DNA of 64,000 nt from Mobula hypostoma (lineage: Eukaryota). Made by a program: the position numbers and the translations under genes. The stretch covers positions 200,262,001-200,326,000 of the forward strand of contig NC_086100.1 of assembly GCF_963921235.1 (NCBI RefSeq), written 5' to 3'. This document shows, piece after piece, positions 37,091 to 49,594 of the stretch; position 1 is the stretch's first letter; each line of letters starts with the position of its first letter. The notes under the pieces were generated by a model. That model did not search any database. It was not told where the DNA came from and saw only the letters and a list, made by a program, of their open reading frames with translations.

Positions 37091-38620
37091 TGGTGTGTGG
37101 ATATTGGGAAGTAGTGTAGTTTCAGGTAGTGAGGGATATCTGGGACTGGTGTGGGGATGTTGGGAAGTAGTGTAGTTTCAGGTAGTGAGGGGAATCTGGG
37201 AACAGCTCTGAGGATATTGGGAAGTAGTGTAGGTTCAGGTAGTGAGGGGAACCTGGGACTGGTGTGGGGATATTGGGAAGTAGTGTAGTTTCAGGTAGTG
37301 AGGGGAATCTGGGACTTGTGTGGGGATATTGGGAAGTAGTGTAGGTTCAGCTAGTGAGGGGGTTCTGGGACTGCTGTGGGGATATTGTGAGGTCGTTGTC
37401 CTAAGGTGGGCATTGATGGTGGACCCAAATGCAAGACACAGACACTGACGTACTAGGAACAGGACTGGGATAGTGGAACCAGGACATGGAACTGGGAATT
37501 AGGAGCCGGGGCTTGGACTAGACTAGGAAAGCGGGACCTGGATGAGGAACAGGGAACTCGGAACCTGGAACCTGGACAAGGACTCCGAGCCAGATACTGG
37601 TCAGGGACCTGGAACCTGGGTCTTGACTCGGGCTCGGACCCCGGGTCTGGGCGAGGACAGGACGAGGAGTGGCAACAGGAATGCACAAGAGACTACAGGA
37701 CAGGACGAGGAATCTCCAGCCCAGGACGAGGAATCTCCAGCACCGGGCTGGGGGAGGTACTCCTGGGTTGGGCGAGTCACAAGGACAGAACAAGAGACTC
37801 CAGCACTGGGCTGGGCAAGGTATTCCTGGGCTGGACGAGAACATGAAGCCTTGATTCAGTCGAGAGAGAGACAGGAACGCAGAGCTTTGGTCGAGGGGGC
37901 GACAGGAGTGCAGAGCCTTGGTTGAGGGAGAGACAGGAATGCAGAGCCTAGAGCCTTGGTAATCTTGGGAGACAGAAATGCATGACACAGAGCCTTGCTC
38001 TTGAGAGACAGGAACACAGAACACAGAGCCAGGACCCCTCCTTGGGAACAAGACGTAGGGCCGGGACTCATTACACAGAATGCAGAATACGACGAGATGG
38101 ATCCCAACACTAGGTAGTGGCAAACGGCTGGACCTACTTAGTGAAGGCGTGGACACAGAGACAGTTCAAAACAATGATAGACAGTTTCTTATCTTGCTCC
38201 AGCAATAGAACTTGACAGCAGTGAAGGCAAGGGTTACAGGTCAGGCCAGGCGATGCAAGGCGAGGCGAGGCGAGGCGAGTTAAGGCATCGCATCATATTG
38301 CATCAGACGGTGTTCCGGGAGGAAGGTGAATGCAAGGGAAGGGATTCAGACGTGGGGTTTGGACAGGAACAATCCAGCAGCCAAAGGCTGAATCCTGAAG
38401 CTATTTATGGAGCCAACCTAATCGAGAATCAGCTGCCTCAACAGAAACGGGAAAACCGGAAAACCTGGGATACAGAACATAGACCGTACCATGAACCGGA
38501 ATGCAGATTTCACGGACGGGACCATGACAGTAGTGTAGGTTTCAGGTAGTGAGGGGAATCTGGGACTGATGTGGGGATATTGGGAAGTAGTGTAGTTTCA
38601 GGTAGTGAGGGGGATCTGGA
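37086..38620 (+). repeat. 56-bp minisatellite (GGGACTGGTGTGGGGATATTGGGAAGTAGTGTAGTTTCAGGTAGTGAGGGGAATCT), ~5.4 + ~1.6 copies split by an insertion
   Basis: GGGAAGTAGT recurs at 37106, 37162, 37219, 37275 and 37331; the array resumes at 38530. Confidence 0.92.
37386..38529 (-). mobile_element. Probable solo LTR (1144 bp) inserted in the minisatellite
   Basis: Minus strand begins TGTCA and ends TCACA, with GCATTTGGGTCC near the end (similar motif near the LTR end at ~4340) and internal short repeats. No TSD is recognisable. Confidence 0.6.
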
Positions 38621-38629
38621 AAAGGAGAT

Positions 38630-39480
38630 TGGGGTAAGTGTACATATTGGTGGGTGGAGGTTGGAATGAAGTTGAATCTAAATCTGTAAAACAAAAAAAT
38701 ATTGAAATAACTTATTGTGTTGGAGAGGAAGGGTTGGATTTTTTTGAAAAAAAGGGAGGAAACATTAAGCGACATACACACACAAAATGCTGGATAAAAT
38801 CAGCAGGCCAGGCAGCAACAGATTGCAAGTAGTTAGGAAAGGGGAGAGATGGATAGTTTATCTGTATTGATTTATTTTGATGAGGTGTACCTCCTTGATA
38901 ACATTATTTCTGGGCATGTTAATTATAATGTGTGAGCTTAGATTCTATTTCAGATGTTTTAAATGTCAGAGAGTTGGGTAAGTTGCAGCAGTACATCGTG
39001 GGGAACTAAGGTGTTGGAAATGTTGGGGGCAGCATAAGCATGAAGATTGTGGAGAAGGTGTAAAGTTAAATGGTTGTAATTGTGGAGGAGAACACTGCAG
39101 CTCATAGATGATGTGAAGTGTTTAAGAAGGCAGCTGCAGTTTAACAGGTTAAAGTACAGTTAGGTGGGTCTTATGCAGAGGCCTCGCAAAAAGTTAAACT
39201 GAACGTTGATAAAGTATTTCCAGTCTGAGAAGTTGATGGATGTATGTCGACATCACAGTTCTTTTACTAAAGACACTTTACTGATGGATAAAATGCAGTC
39301 TGTGATGTTTATAACAGATGTGCTGAATTGTAGAGCTCGGGCATCTTGTTGTACTGAGAAAATTAATATTATTGTGAAAGCTGCAGAAAATATCTTGGTA
39401 TAACTGGTGTTACGTAGGAAGCTGTGAATGAAACTCTGATGGGCTGGGTATCTGTATCCCAGTTTCCTTGTGAAGGTAAG
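38630..39480 (+). mobile_element. Decayed ORF1 of an I/Nimb/Jockey-type LINE (three CCHC knuckles)
   Basis: Manual translation ~38950-39095 gives RCFKCQRVG*VAAV..LRCWKCWGQHKHEDC..CNCGGEH, followed by SYAEA. Confidence 0.7.
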
Positions 39481-39509
39481 TAATGGGATTAAGAATATTG
39501 CACAGGAAT

Positions 39510-41417
39510 GTCAGAATGTGATCACAATTCTATCTCCATTGCCATAGCACTGGAGAGGGAAACGTTTAACTGGAGTAAGGGGAAATATGAGGCTATCAGG
39601 CAGGAACTTGGAAGCATAAACTGGAAACACATTTTCTCAGGGAAACGTACGGTAGAAATGTGGCAAATGTTCAGGGGATATTTACGTTGGGATCTGTGTA
39701 GGTACGTTCCAATGAGAGAGGTAAAGGATAGTAGGGTACAGGAACCGTAGTGTACAAAGACTGTTGTAAATCTAGTCAGGAAGAAAAGAGTTTACGAAAG
39801 GTTCAAAAAAACTAGGTAATGATAGCGATCTTGAAGATTATAAGACTAGCAGAAAGGAGCATATGAATGAAATCAGGAGAGCCAGAAGGGGCCATGAGAA
39901 GGCCTTGGCAGGCAGGATTAAGGAATACCCCAAGGCATTCTACAAGTTTGAGAAGAGCAGGAAGATAAGATGTGAGAGAATAGGACCAATCAAGAGTGAC
40001 AGTGGAAAAGTGTGTATGGAACCGGAGGAGATAGCAAAGGTACTTAATGAATATTTTGAATATTTAATGAAGACTTTGCTTCAGTATTCACTGTGGAATA
40101 GGATCGTGGTGATTGTAGGGATGACTTATAGCAGACTGAAAAGCTTGAGCATGTAGATATTAAGGAAGCGGATGTGCTGGAGCTTTTGGAAACCATAAAA
40201 TTGGTTAAGTCACTGGGACGGGATGGGATGTACCCCAGGCTACTGTGGGAAGCGAGGGAGGAGATTGCTGAGCCTCTGATGATGATCTTTGCATCATCAA
40301 TAAGGACGGGATAAGTTCCAGAGGACTGGAGGGCTGCAAATGTTGTTTACTTATTCAGGAAAGGGAGTAGAGATAGCCCAGGAAATTATAGACCAGTGAG
40401 TCTTACTTCAGTGGTTGGTAAGTTGATGGAGCAGGATTTATGAACATTTGGAGAGGCATAACATGATTATGAATAGTCAGCATGGCTTTGTCAAAGGCAG
40501 GTCGTGCCTTATGAGTCTGACTGAATTTTCTGAGGATGTGGCTGAACACATTGAAGGTAGAGCAGTAGATGTCGTGTTTATAGATTTCAGCAAGACATTT
40601 GATAAGGTATCCCATGCAAGGCTTACTGAGAAAGCAAGGAGGCATGGGATCCAAGGGAACCTTGCTTTGTGGATCCAGAACTGGCTTGCCCACAGAAGGC
40701 AAAGTGTGGTTGTAGACAGGTCATAATCTGCATGTTGGTCGGTGACCAGTAGTGTGCCTCAGGGATCTGTTCTGGGACCCCTACTCTTTGTGATTTTTAG
40801 AAATGACCTGTATGAGGAAGTGGAGGGGTGGGTTAGTAAATTTGCTGATGACACAAAGGTTGGAGATGTTGTGGATAGTGTGGAGGGCTGTCAGAGGTTA
40901 CAGAAGGACATTGATAGGATGAAAAACTGGACTGAAAAGTGCCAGACGGAGTTCAACCCAGATAAGTGTGAGGTGGTTCATTTTGGTAGATTAAATATGA
41001 AGGCAGAATATTTTATTAATGGTAAGACGCTTGGCAGTGTGGGGGATCAGAGGGATCTAGCGGTACAAGTCCATAGGACACTCAAAGCTGCTGTGCAGGT
41101 TGGCTCTGTGGTTAAGAAGGCATACGGTGCATTGGCCTTAATCAATTGTGGGATTGGGTTTAAAAGCCGAGAGGTAATGTTGCAGCTATATAGGATCCTG
41201 GTCAGACCCCACTTGGAGTACTGTTCTCAACTCTGGTCACCTCTCTGCAGGAATGATGTGGAAACCGTAGAAAGGGTGCAGAGGAGATTTACAAGGATGT
41301 TTCCTGGATTGGGGAGCTTGCCTTATGAGAATAGGTTGAGTGAACTCGGCCTTTTTTCCTTGGAGCGACTGAGAATGAGATGTGACCTGAAAGAGGTGTA
41401 TGAGATGATGACAGGCA
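39510..41417 (+). mobile_element. CR1 ORF2 fragment
   Basis: DHNSIS, RRARRGHEKALA, QHGF, PQGSVLGP, FADD and RPHLEYC. Confidence 0.93.
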
Positions 41418-41585
41418 TTAAGAACATAAGAAATAGGAGCAGGAGTAGGCCATCCAGCCCATCGAGCCTGTCCCGCCATTCAATAAGATCATGGCTGATC
41501 TGTCTGTAAGCTCAGCTCCATCTACCTGCCTTTCCCCCAAAATTCCCTTACTATGTAAAAAGCTATTGAACTGTTTCTTAAATAT
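41418..41585 (-). mobile_element. Short CR1 3'-end fragment
   Basis: CR1 3' UTR (..GGCCTACTCCTGCTCCTATTTCTTATGTTCTTA). Confidence 0.75.
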
Positions 41586-44500
41586 GACCATAAGACCATA
41601 AGACAAAGGAGCAGAAGTAGGCCATTCGGCCCATCGAGTCTGCTCCGCCATTTTATCATGAGCTGATCCATTTTCTCCTATTTAGTCCCACTCCCCCGCC
41701 TTCTCACCATAACCTTTGATGCCCTGGCTACTCAAATACCTATCAATCTCTACCTTAAATACACCCAATGACTTGGCCTCCACTGCTGCCCGTGGCAACA
41801 AATTCCATAGATTCACCACCCTCTGACTAAAAAAATTTCTTCGCATTTCTGTCCTGAAAGGGAGCCCTTCAATCCTTAAGTCATGCCCTCTCGTACTAGA
41901 CTCCCCCATCATGGGAAACAACTTGCCACATCAATTCTGTCCATGCCTCTTAACATTCGAAATGTTTCTATGAGGTCTCCCCTCATTCTTCTAAACTCCA
42001 AGGAATACAGTCCAAGAGCGGACAAACGTTCCTCATATGTTAACCCTCTCATTCCCGGAATCATTCTACAGAATCTTCTCTGTACCCTCTCCAACGTCAG
42101 CACATCCTTTCTTAAATAAGGAGACCAAATCTGCCCACAGTACTCCAAGTGAGGTCTCACCAGCGCCTTATAGAGCCTCAACATCACATCCCTGCTCCTA
42201 TACTCTATTCCTCTAGAAATGAATGCCAACATTGCATTCGCCTTCTTCACTACTGACTCAGCCTGGAGGTTAACTTTAAGGGTATCCTGTACGACGACTC
42301 CCAAGTCCCGTTGCATCTCAGAACTTTGAATTCTTTCCCCATTTAAATAATAGTCTGCCCATTTATTTTTTCTGCCAAAGTGCATAACCATACACTTTCT
42401 AACATTGTACATCATTTGCCACTTCTCTGCCCATTCTTCCAATCTATCCAAGTCTCTCTGCAGACTCTCCGTTTCCTCAGCACCACTGGCCCCTCCACCT
42501 ATCTTCGTATCGTCAGCAAACTTAGCCACAAAGCCAACTATTCCATAATCTAAATCGTTGATGTACAATGTAAAAAGAAGTGGCCCCAACACTGATCCCT
42601 GCGGAACACCACTGGTAACCGGCAGCCAACCAGAATAGGATCCCTTTATTCCCACTCTCTGGTTCCTGCCAATCAGCCAACGCTCTATCCACGTATGTAA
42701 CTTTCCCGTAATTCCATGGGCTCTTATCTTGTTAAGTAGCGTTATGTGTGGCACCTTGTCAAAGGCCTTCTGAAAATCCAAATATACAACATCCACTGCA
42801 TTTCCCTTGTCTATCCTACTGGTAATTTCCTCAAAAAATTGTAATAGGTTTGTCAGGCAGGATTTTCCTTTAAGGAATCCATGCTGAGTTCTGCCTATCT
42901 TGTCATATGCCTCCAGGTACTCTGTAACCTCGTCCTTGACAATCGACTCCAACAACTTCCCAACCACGGATGTCAAGCTAACAGGTCTATTATTTCCTTT
43001 TTGCTTCCTTGCCCCCTTCTTAAATAGCAGAGTGACATTTGCAATCTTCCAGTCCTCCGGAACCATGCCAGAATCTATCAACTTTTGAAAGATCATCGCT
43101 AATGCCTCCGCAATCTCCACAGCTACTTCCTTCAGAACACGAGGGTGCATTCCATCTGGTCCAGGAGATTTATCTACCTTTAGACTATTCAGCTTCCTGA
43201 GTACTTTCTCTGTCGTAATTGTGACTGCGCACACTTCTCTTCCCTGCCACCCTTGAGTGTCCGGTATACTGCTGTCTTCCTCAGTGAAGACTGATGCAAA
43301 ATACTTGTTCAGTTCCTCTGCCATCTCCTCATCTCCCATTACAATTTGTCCAGCATCATTTTCTATCGGTCCTATATCTACTCTCACCTGTCTTTTACTC
43401 TTTATATACTTGAAAAAGCTTTTAGTATCCTCTTCGATATTATTTGCTAGCTTCCTTTCATAGTTAATCTTTTCTCTCTTAATGACCTTCTTGGTTTCCT
43501 TTTGTAAGGTTTTAAAAACTTCCCAATCCTCTTTCTTCCCACTATTTTTTGCTTCCTTGTATGCCCTCTCTTTTGCTTTAAGTTTGGCTTTGACTTCTCT
43601 TGTCAACCACAGTTGCATCCTTTTTCCACTCGAAAATTTCTTCCTTTTTGGAATATACCTGTCTTGCACATTCCTCATTTCTCGCATAAACTCCAGCCAC
43701 TGCTGCTCTGCTGTCTTTCCCGCCAGTGTCTCTTTCCAGTCAACTTTGGCCAGTTCCTCTCTCATGCCACTGAAATTTCCTTTACTCCACTGAAATACCG
43801 ACACATCAGATTTCGGCTTCTCTTTTTCTAATTTCACAGTGAACTCAATCATGTTATGATCACTGCCTCCTAAGGGTTCCTTCACCTCAATCTCTCCAAT
43901 CACCTCCGGTTCATTACACAATACCCAATCCAGTACAGCCGATCCCCTAGTAGGCTCAATAACAAGCTGTTCTAAAAAGCCATCTCACAGACATTCTACA
44001 AATTCTCTCTCTTGAGATCCAGTGCTGACCTGATTTTCCCAATCTACTCGCATGTTAAAATCCCCCACAATTATCATAACACTGCCCTTCTGACAAGCCT
44101 TTTCTATTTCCAGTTGTAATTTGTAGTCCACATCCCTGCAGCTGTTTGGAGGCCTATAAATAACTGCCATCAGGGTCCTTTTACCCCTGTGGTTTCTTAG
44201 CTCAACCCATAAAGATTCTGCACCTTCCGATCCTATATCACCTCTTTCTAATGATTTAATATCATTTCTTACCAATAAAGCCACGCCTCCCCCTCTGCCT
44301 ACCTTCCTATCCTTCCGATACACCGTGTATCCTTGGACGTTCAGCTCCCAGAGACATGCGTCCTTTAGCCAGGTCTCGGTGATGGCCACAATATCATACC
44401 TGCCAATCTGTAGCTGTACAACAAGATCATCCACCTTATTCCTTATGCTGCGTGCATTTAAGTACAACACCTTAAGACCAGTATTTGAAACTTTTTGCTT

Positions 44501-45650
44501 TGATTTCACTGCAACTTTATTGCACTGCAACTCATCCCAATGGCTACAAATTTGCCCCATCACCTGCCTGTCTTTCCTGACATCTTTACTGCTCACTATC
44601 TTAGATTTATTTCTGTTTTCCCCTTCCTCCGCTCTATCATTCCCGTTCCCATCCCCCTGCCAAATTAGTTTAAACCTTCCCTAACAGCTCTATTAATCTT
44701 TCCCGCCAGGATATTGGTCCCCTTCGGGTTCAGGTGTAACCTGTCCTTTTTGAACAGGTCATACTTCCCCCAGAAGAGATCCCAATTATCCAAGAATCTG
44801 AAGCCCTGCCCCCTACACCAGTCTCTCAGCCACGCATTCATCTGCCTGATCCGACTACTCTTGCCCTCGCTAGCATGTGGCACAGGTAGCAATCCCGAGA
44901 TTACTACCCTGGAGGTCCTGCTTCTCAGCTTCCTTCCTAAATCCTTGAAATCTCTCTTCAGGACCTCCTCCTTTGTCCTATCTATATCATTGGTACCAAC
45001 ATGTACCAAGACAACTGGCTGCTCACCCTCCCCCTTTAGAATATTCAGGACCCGATCCGAGACATCCCGTACCCTGGCACCTGGGAGGCAACACACCATG
45101 CGGGTATCTCTATCAGGCTCACAGAATCTCCTGTCTGTTCCCCTGACTATGGAATCCCCTATGACTACTGCATTTCTCTTCTCCCTCCTTCTCTCCTGCA
45201 CAACAGTGCCAGGCTCAGTGCCAGAGACCCGGTCACCGTGGGCGTCCCCTGTCAGGTCATCCCCCTCAGCAGCATCCAGAACAAGATATTTGTTGCTGAG
45301 GGGGACAGCCACAGGGGTGCTCTCCACTATCCGGGCATTTCCCTTCCCTCTCTCGACAGTGACCCCTGTAGCCTAGGGATGACTACCTCCCTGTAGCTCC
45401 TGTCTATCACCTCTTCACTTTCCCTGATAAGCAGTAGGTCATCAAGCTGCAGCTCCAGATCCCTAACACGGTCTCTGAGGAGCTGCATCTCGGTGCACCT
45501 GGCACAGATGTGGCCATCAGGGAGGCTGGAGGTCTCCCAGGGTTCCCACATCTGACACCCTGAACAAAGCACTAACCCTGCAGGCATGCTACCTAATTCT
45601 ACAGGAATGAAACAGGAAAAATAAGTGTACTCACCTACTTACCTCGCCAA
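41586..45650 (-). mobile_element. Near full-length CR1 LINE (ORF1 esterase + ORF2 APE endonuclease/RT) with few lesions
   Basis: ORF1 45587-44665: CSGCQMW..HICARC, leucine zipper, GDS, HVGTND, DRLH, with one frameshift. ORF2 44596-41682: YLNARS, ITETWL, GDFN, SDHN, FADD, with one in-frame TGA at 43985 and a frameshift at ~41920. (TCTTATGG)n tail. Confidence 0.96.
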
Positions 45651-45679
45651 ACAGACGAACTTTTTAAATCTGTTTAGTG

Positions 45680-46295
45680 AGGAAACCTCAACTGCTTCCC
45701 TGGGCAGAGAGTTCACCACAGATTCACCACTGTCTGGAAGAAACAGTTTCTCCTCATCTCCGTCCTAAATCTTCTCCCCTGAATCGTGAGGCAATGTCCC
45801 CTAGTTAATCATGTGGATAGTCAGAGGCTTTTTTCCAGGGCTGAAATGGCTAGCACGAGAGGGCATAGTTTTAAGGTGCTTGGAAGTAGGTACAGAGGAG
45901 ATGTCAGGGGTAAGTTTTTTACACAGAGAGTGCTGAGTACGTGGAAAGGGCTGCCGGCGGTGGTGGTGGAGGCGGAAATGGTAGCATCTTTTAAGAGACT
46001 TCTGGATAGCTAGATGGAGGTTGGAAAAATATAGGGCTCTGGGCAAGCCGAGGTAATTTCTAAGATAAGGACATGTTCGACACAACTTTGTGAGCCTGAG
46101 GGCTTGTATTGTGCTGTAGGTTTTCTATGTTTCTATGTTTCTAAACTTATTGAACAACCCATCGATATTTGTGTCCAAGTCATTATATATGTTGCAAACA
46201 ACAGAGATCCCAGCACAGATCCCTGTGGAACACCCCTGGTCATAGACCACCAGCCAGAAAAACACCCTTCCACCACTGCCCTCTGTCTATCATGT
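45680..46295. mobile_element. Three abutting CR1 fragments (-, + with TTTCTATG tail at 46121-46142, -)
   Basis: TRGHSFKVLG..FTQRV on +; GVPQGSVLG on -. Confidence 0.8.
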
Positions 46296-46549
46296 GGTTC
46301 TTTACACGGTGAAGTGTTTTGATAAGATATCCCTGATAAGAGATACAAGCTTGGCCACATGAGTGGAAGGGAGGAGACACTTCTCCATCCTTCTCCTACT
46401 CAGTCCTCTGGACTTTACCAACGCCAGGACCCAGACTCTCTCAAGAACCTTTTTAGAAATTGACAGATGTCCCCATAGAGTTTCAATGTATCCTCCATCT
46501 TCTGAGCTTCTTCTCATATCTTTTTTTTAGATTATGAAAACACTCAGCC

Positions 46550-47180
46550 CTTGTTTACTGTCATTTAGAAATGCATACGTGCATTAAGAAATGTTCCTCC
46601 AGAGTGATATCACAGAAAAACAGGGCAAACCAAAGACTAACACTGACAGAACCACAGAATTATAACATTTAGTTACAGCAGTGCAAAGCAATACCATAAT
46701 TTGATGAAGAGCAAACCATGGGCATGGTAAAAAAAAAAGTCTCAAAGTCCCGATCGACTCCAGAGTCCCCAGTAGCAGGCAGCAAAAAGGAGAAACTCCC
46801 TGCCATAAACCTCCAGACAATGACAACTGCCGATACATTGGAAGCACCTGAAAACAGCCAATACTGAGCCCGAAAACATCGTGCCTCCGACCAGCCCCTC
46901 TGATACAGCCTCCTGAGCGCCACCCTCTGCTGAGCGCCTTCGACCTCGTCCCGGCGGCCGAAACAAGCAAAGCCAAGGATTCGGGGCCTTCTCCTCCGGA
47001 GATTCCGGTTACCACACAGTAGCAGCGGCAGCGAAGTGGGTACTTCAGAAGTTTCTCCAGATGTTCCTCCGTACTCTCAGGTCTGTCTCCATCAAATCAG
47101 AATTGTGCACGGTACCCTACTTGACAGATTACAGATATCATTCACCGGAGTGGCCGCGCGCTACGTCGCGCCACCATCTT
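46550..47180 (-). repeat. CpG-rich non-coding interspersed repeat, class uncertain
   Basis: Begins AAGATGGTGGCG.. and ends ..TGCATTTCTAAATGACAGTAAAC; no credible ORF. Confidence 0.4.
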
Positions 47181-47249
47181 CTCATCCTCTTTTTAGCTAC
47201 TTCAGATTTACATCCCTTGCTGAGCTCAATGAAGTCATTTGCAATCGAG

Positions 47250-48015
47250 TAGAAACATAGAAACATAGAAAACGTACAGATCAATACAGGCCCTTCGGCC
47301 CACAGAGTTGTGCTGAACACGTTCTAACATTAGAAATGACTAGACTTCCCCATAGCCCTCTATTTTCCTAAGCTCCATGTACCTATCTAAAAGTCTGTTA
47401 AAAGACGCTATCGTATCCGCCTTCACCACCGTTGCCGGCAGCCCATTCCACACACTCACCACTCTCTGAGTAAAAAACTTACCCCTGACATCTCCTCTGT
47501 ACCTACTCCCCAGCACCTTAAAACTATGCCCTCTTGTGGCAACCATTTCAGCCCCGGGAAAAAGCCTCTGACTATCCACATGATCAATGCCTCTCATCAT
47601 CTTATACACCTCTATCAGGTCACCTCTCATCCTCCGTCGCTCCAAGGAGAAAAGGCCGAGTTCACTCAACCTATTCTCATAAAGCATGTTCTCCAATCCA
47701 GGCAACATCCTTGTAAACCTCCTCTTCACCCTTTCTATGGTTTCCACATCTTTCCTGTAGTGAGACGACCACAACTGAGCACAGTACTCCAAGTGGGGTC
47801 TGACCAGGGTCCTACGTATATAGTTGAAACATTACCTCTTGGCTCCTAAATTCATTTCCATTATTAATGAAGGCCAATACACCGTACGCCTTCTTAACCA
47901 CAGCGGCAACCTGCGCAGCTGCTTTGAGCGTCCTATGGACTTGGACCCCCCAGATCCCTCTGATCCTCCACACTGTCAAGCGTCTTACCATTAATACTAT
48001 ATTCTGCCATCACAT
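47250..48015 (-). mobile_element. CR1 3' fragment
   Basis: ORF 47340-47792 LEYCAQLWS..TRGHSFKV; (TTTCTATG)n tail. Confidence 0.92.
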
Positions 48016-48059
48016 GTTATATATTATACATTATTGAGCAGATATCCCATGCTATAAAG

Positions 48060-49293
48060 CAGTGGTCCCCAACCACCGGGCCGCGGACCGGTATCGGGTC
48101 GCAAAGCATGCGCTACCGAGCCGCGAGGAAACGATATGATTTGCCGATATGAGTCAGCTGCACCTTTCCTCATTCCCTGTCATGCACTGTTGAGCTATTA
48201 CGCATGTGAGGTCATTACCCGCGCGTCATCCATGTCAGCGCGGGAAGGAGATCAACTCCTCGAGCTTGCAAATGACAGGGGGCTGAAAAGTATGTTTGAC
48301 ATAACATCTCTGCCGGCATTCTGGATCAAAGTCAAGGCTAAATATCCTGAGATAGCCACGAAAGCACTGAAAACGTTGCTTCCATTTCTAACATTTTTCT
48401 GCGAAGCGGAGTTTTCTGCAATGAATGCAACGAAAAATAAATTGCGGACTAGACTGGACATAAGGAACCCCCTTCAAGTATCGCTGTCTCTCCCATCACC
48501 CCTCGATGGGACCGTCTTGTTGCAGGGAAACAACCCCTGGGCTCCCACTGATTCAGCAATATTGGTGTGTTGCAATGATTTTATATGTTCATATGGGGAA
48601 AATATGTGCTGTGTGTTTAATACCCAAACGTTACTTAAAATGTTATGATGCTATTGACTTATAAGTGACTAATACTGTATAACTATATAACAACTACAGC
48701 ACTGAAACAGGCCATCTCGGCCCTTCTAGTCCATGCAGAACGCTACTCTCACCTAGTCCCGCCGACCTGCACTCAGCCCATAACCCTCCATTCCTTTCCT
48801 GTCCATATACCTATCCAATTTTTCTTTAAATGATAATATTGAACCTACCTCTACCACATCTACTGGAAGTTCGTTCAATACTTACTTCAAGCTCCCCTGT
48901 CCTCCCCTGATAATTGACTGATCACTGTATTCATGCGAGGAAAATATGCGCTGTGTGTTTAATATTAAATTCGTTAGATAAACCCTTTTAGAAATTGAGT
49001 GTATTAACCACTTATCACCGATATTCTGGTCATGATTAACAGTGCCCCCCACAACACCGAACAGAATCGCCAAAAATGATTTGCAGAAAAAAAACATCAG
49101 CAGGTACACGCCTGCGTAGGTCACGCATGTGACCTGGTGCCCATGCAAGGCTTCATGGTCATTGTAGTCTTTCTCAGGGTAAACCCAACGTATTGTCCGT
49201 TGGCAACCTACTTGCCCCCCTGGGTCGGCCGGTCCGCAAGAATATTGTCAATATTAAACTGGTCCGCAGTGCAAAAAAGGTTGGGGACCCCTG
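48060..49293 (+). mobile_element. Non-autonomous hAT (Charlie/Buster-type) transposon carrying a nested CR1 3' fragment (~48672-48880)
   Basis: TIRs CAGTGGTCCCCAACC / GGTTGGGGACCCCTG; degenerate 8-bp flanks CTATAAAG / CTCTAGAA; FWIKVKAKYPEIATKALKTLLPF..CEAEFSAM..TKNKLRTRLD. Confidence 0.9.
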
Positions 49294-49435
49294 CTCTAGA
49301 ATGGTACTTTTGACTCACATTTAGATTGACAATTCCTTGGCTTTCTAATCATAAAGTGAACTTCACTGGTGAACCTTATTCCCAGTTAAACACAAAACAT
49401 GATAGAACATACCAGACGATGACTGCCCAATAATT

Positions 49436-49594
49436 TGACTTCCCTTACTCACTCTTCCTTCAGTTAGTCCAGACGAAGGGTCTCGGCCTGAAACGTCGAC
49501 TGTACCTCTTCCTGCAGATGCTGCCTGGCCTGCTGCGTTCACCAGCAACTTTGATGCGTGTTGCTTGAATTTCCAGCATCTGCAGAATTCCTGT
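49436..49594 (+). mobile_element. 159-bp Penelope-derived insertion containing a hammerhead motif (49466-49501)
   Basis: 16-bp TSD TGACTGCCCAATAATT (49420-49435, 49595-49610); the homologous site at ~32300-32316 is empty; motif AGTC-CAGACGA-AGG-GTCTCGG-CCT-GAAACGTC-GACT. Confidence 0.88.

Noticed and set aside
37453..38156. Overlapping ORFs up to 212 aa
   Set aside because: Low-complexity translations of repeats inside the LTR-like element.
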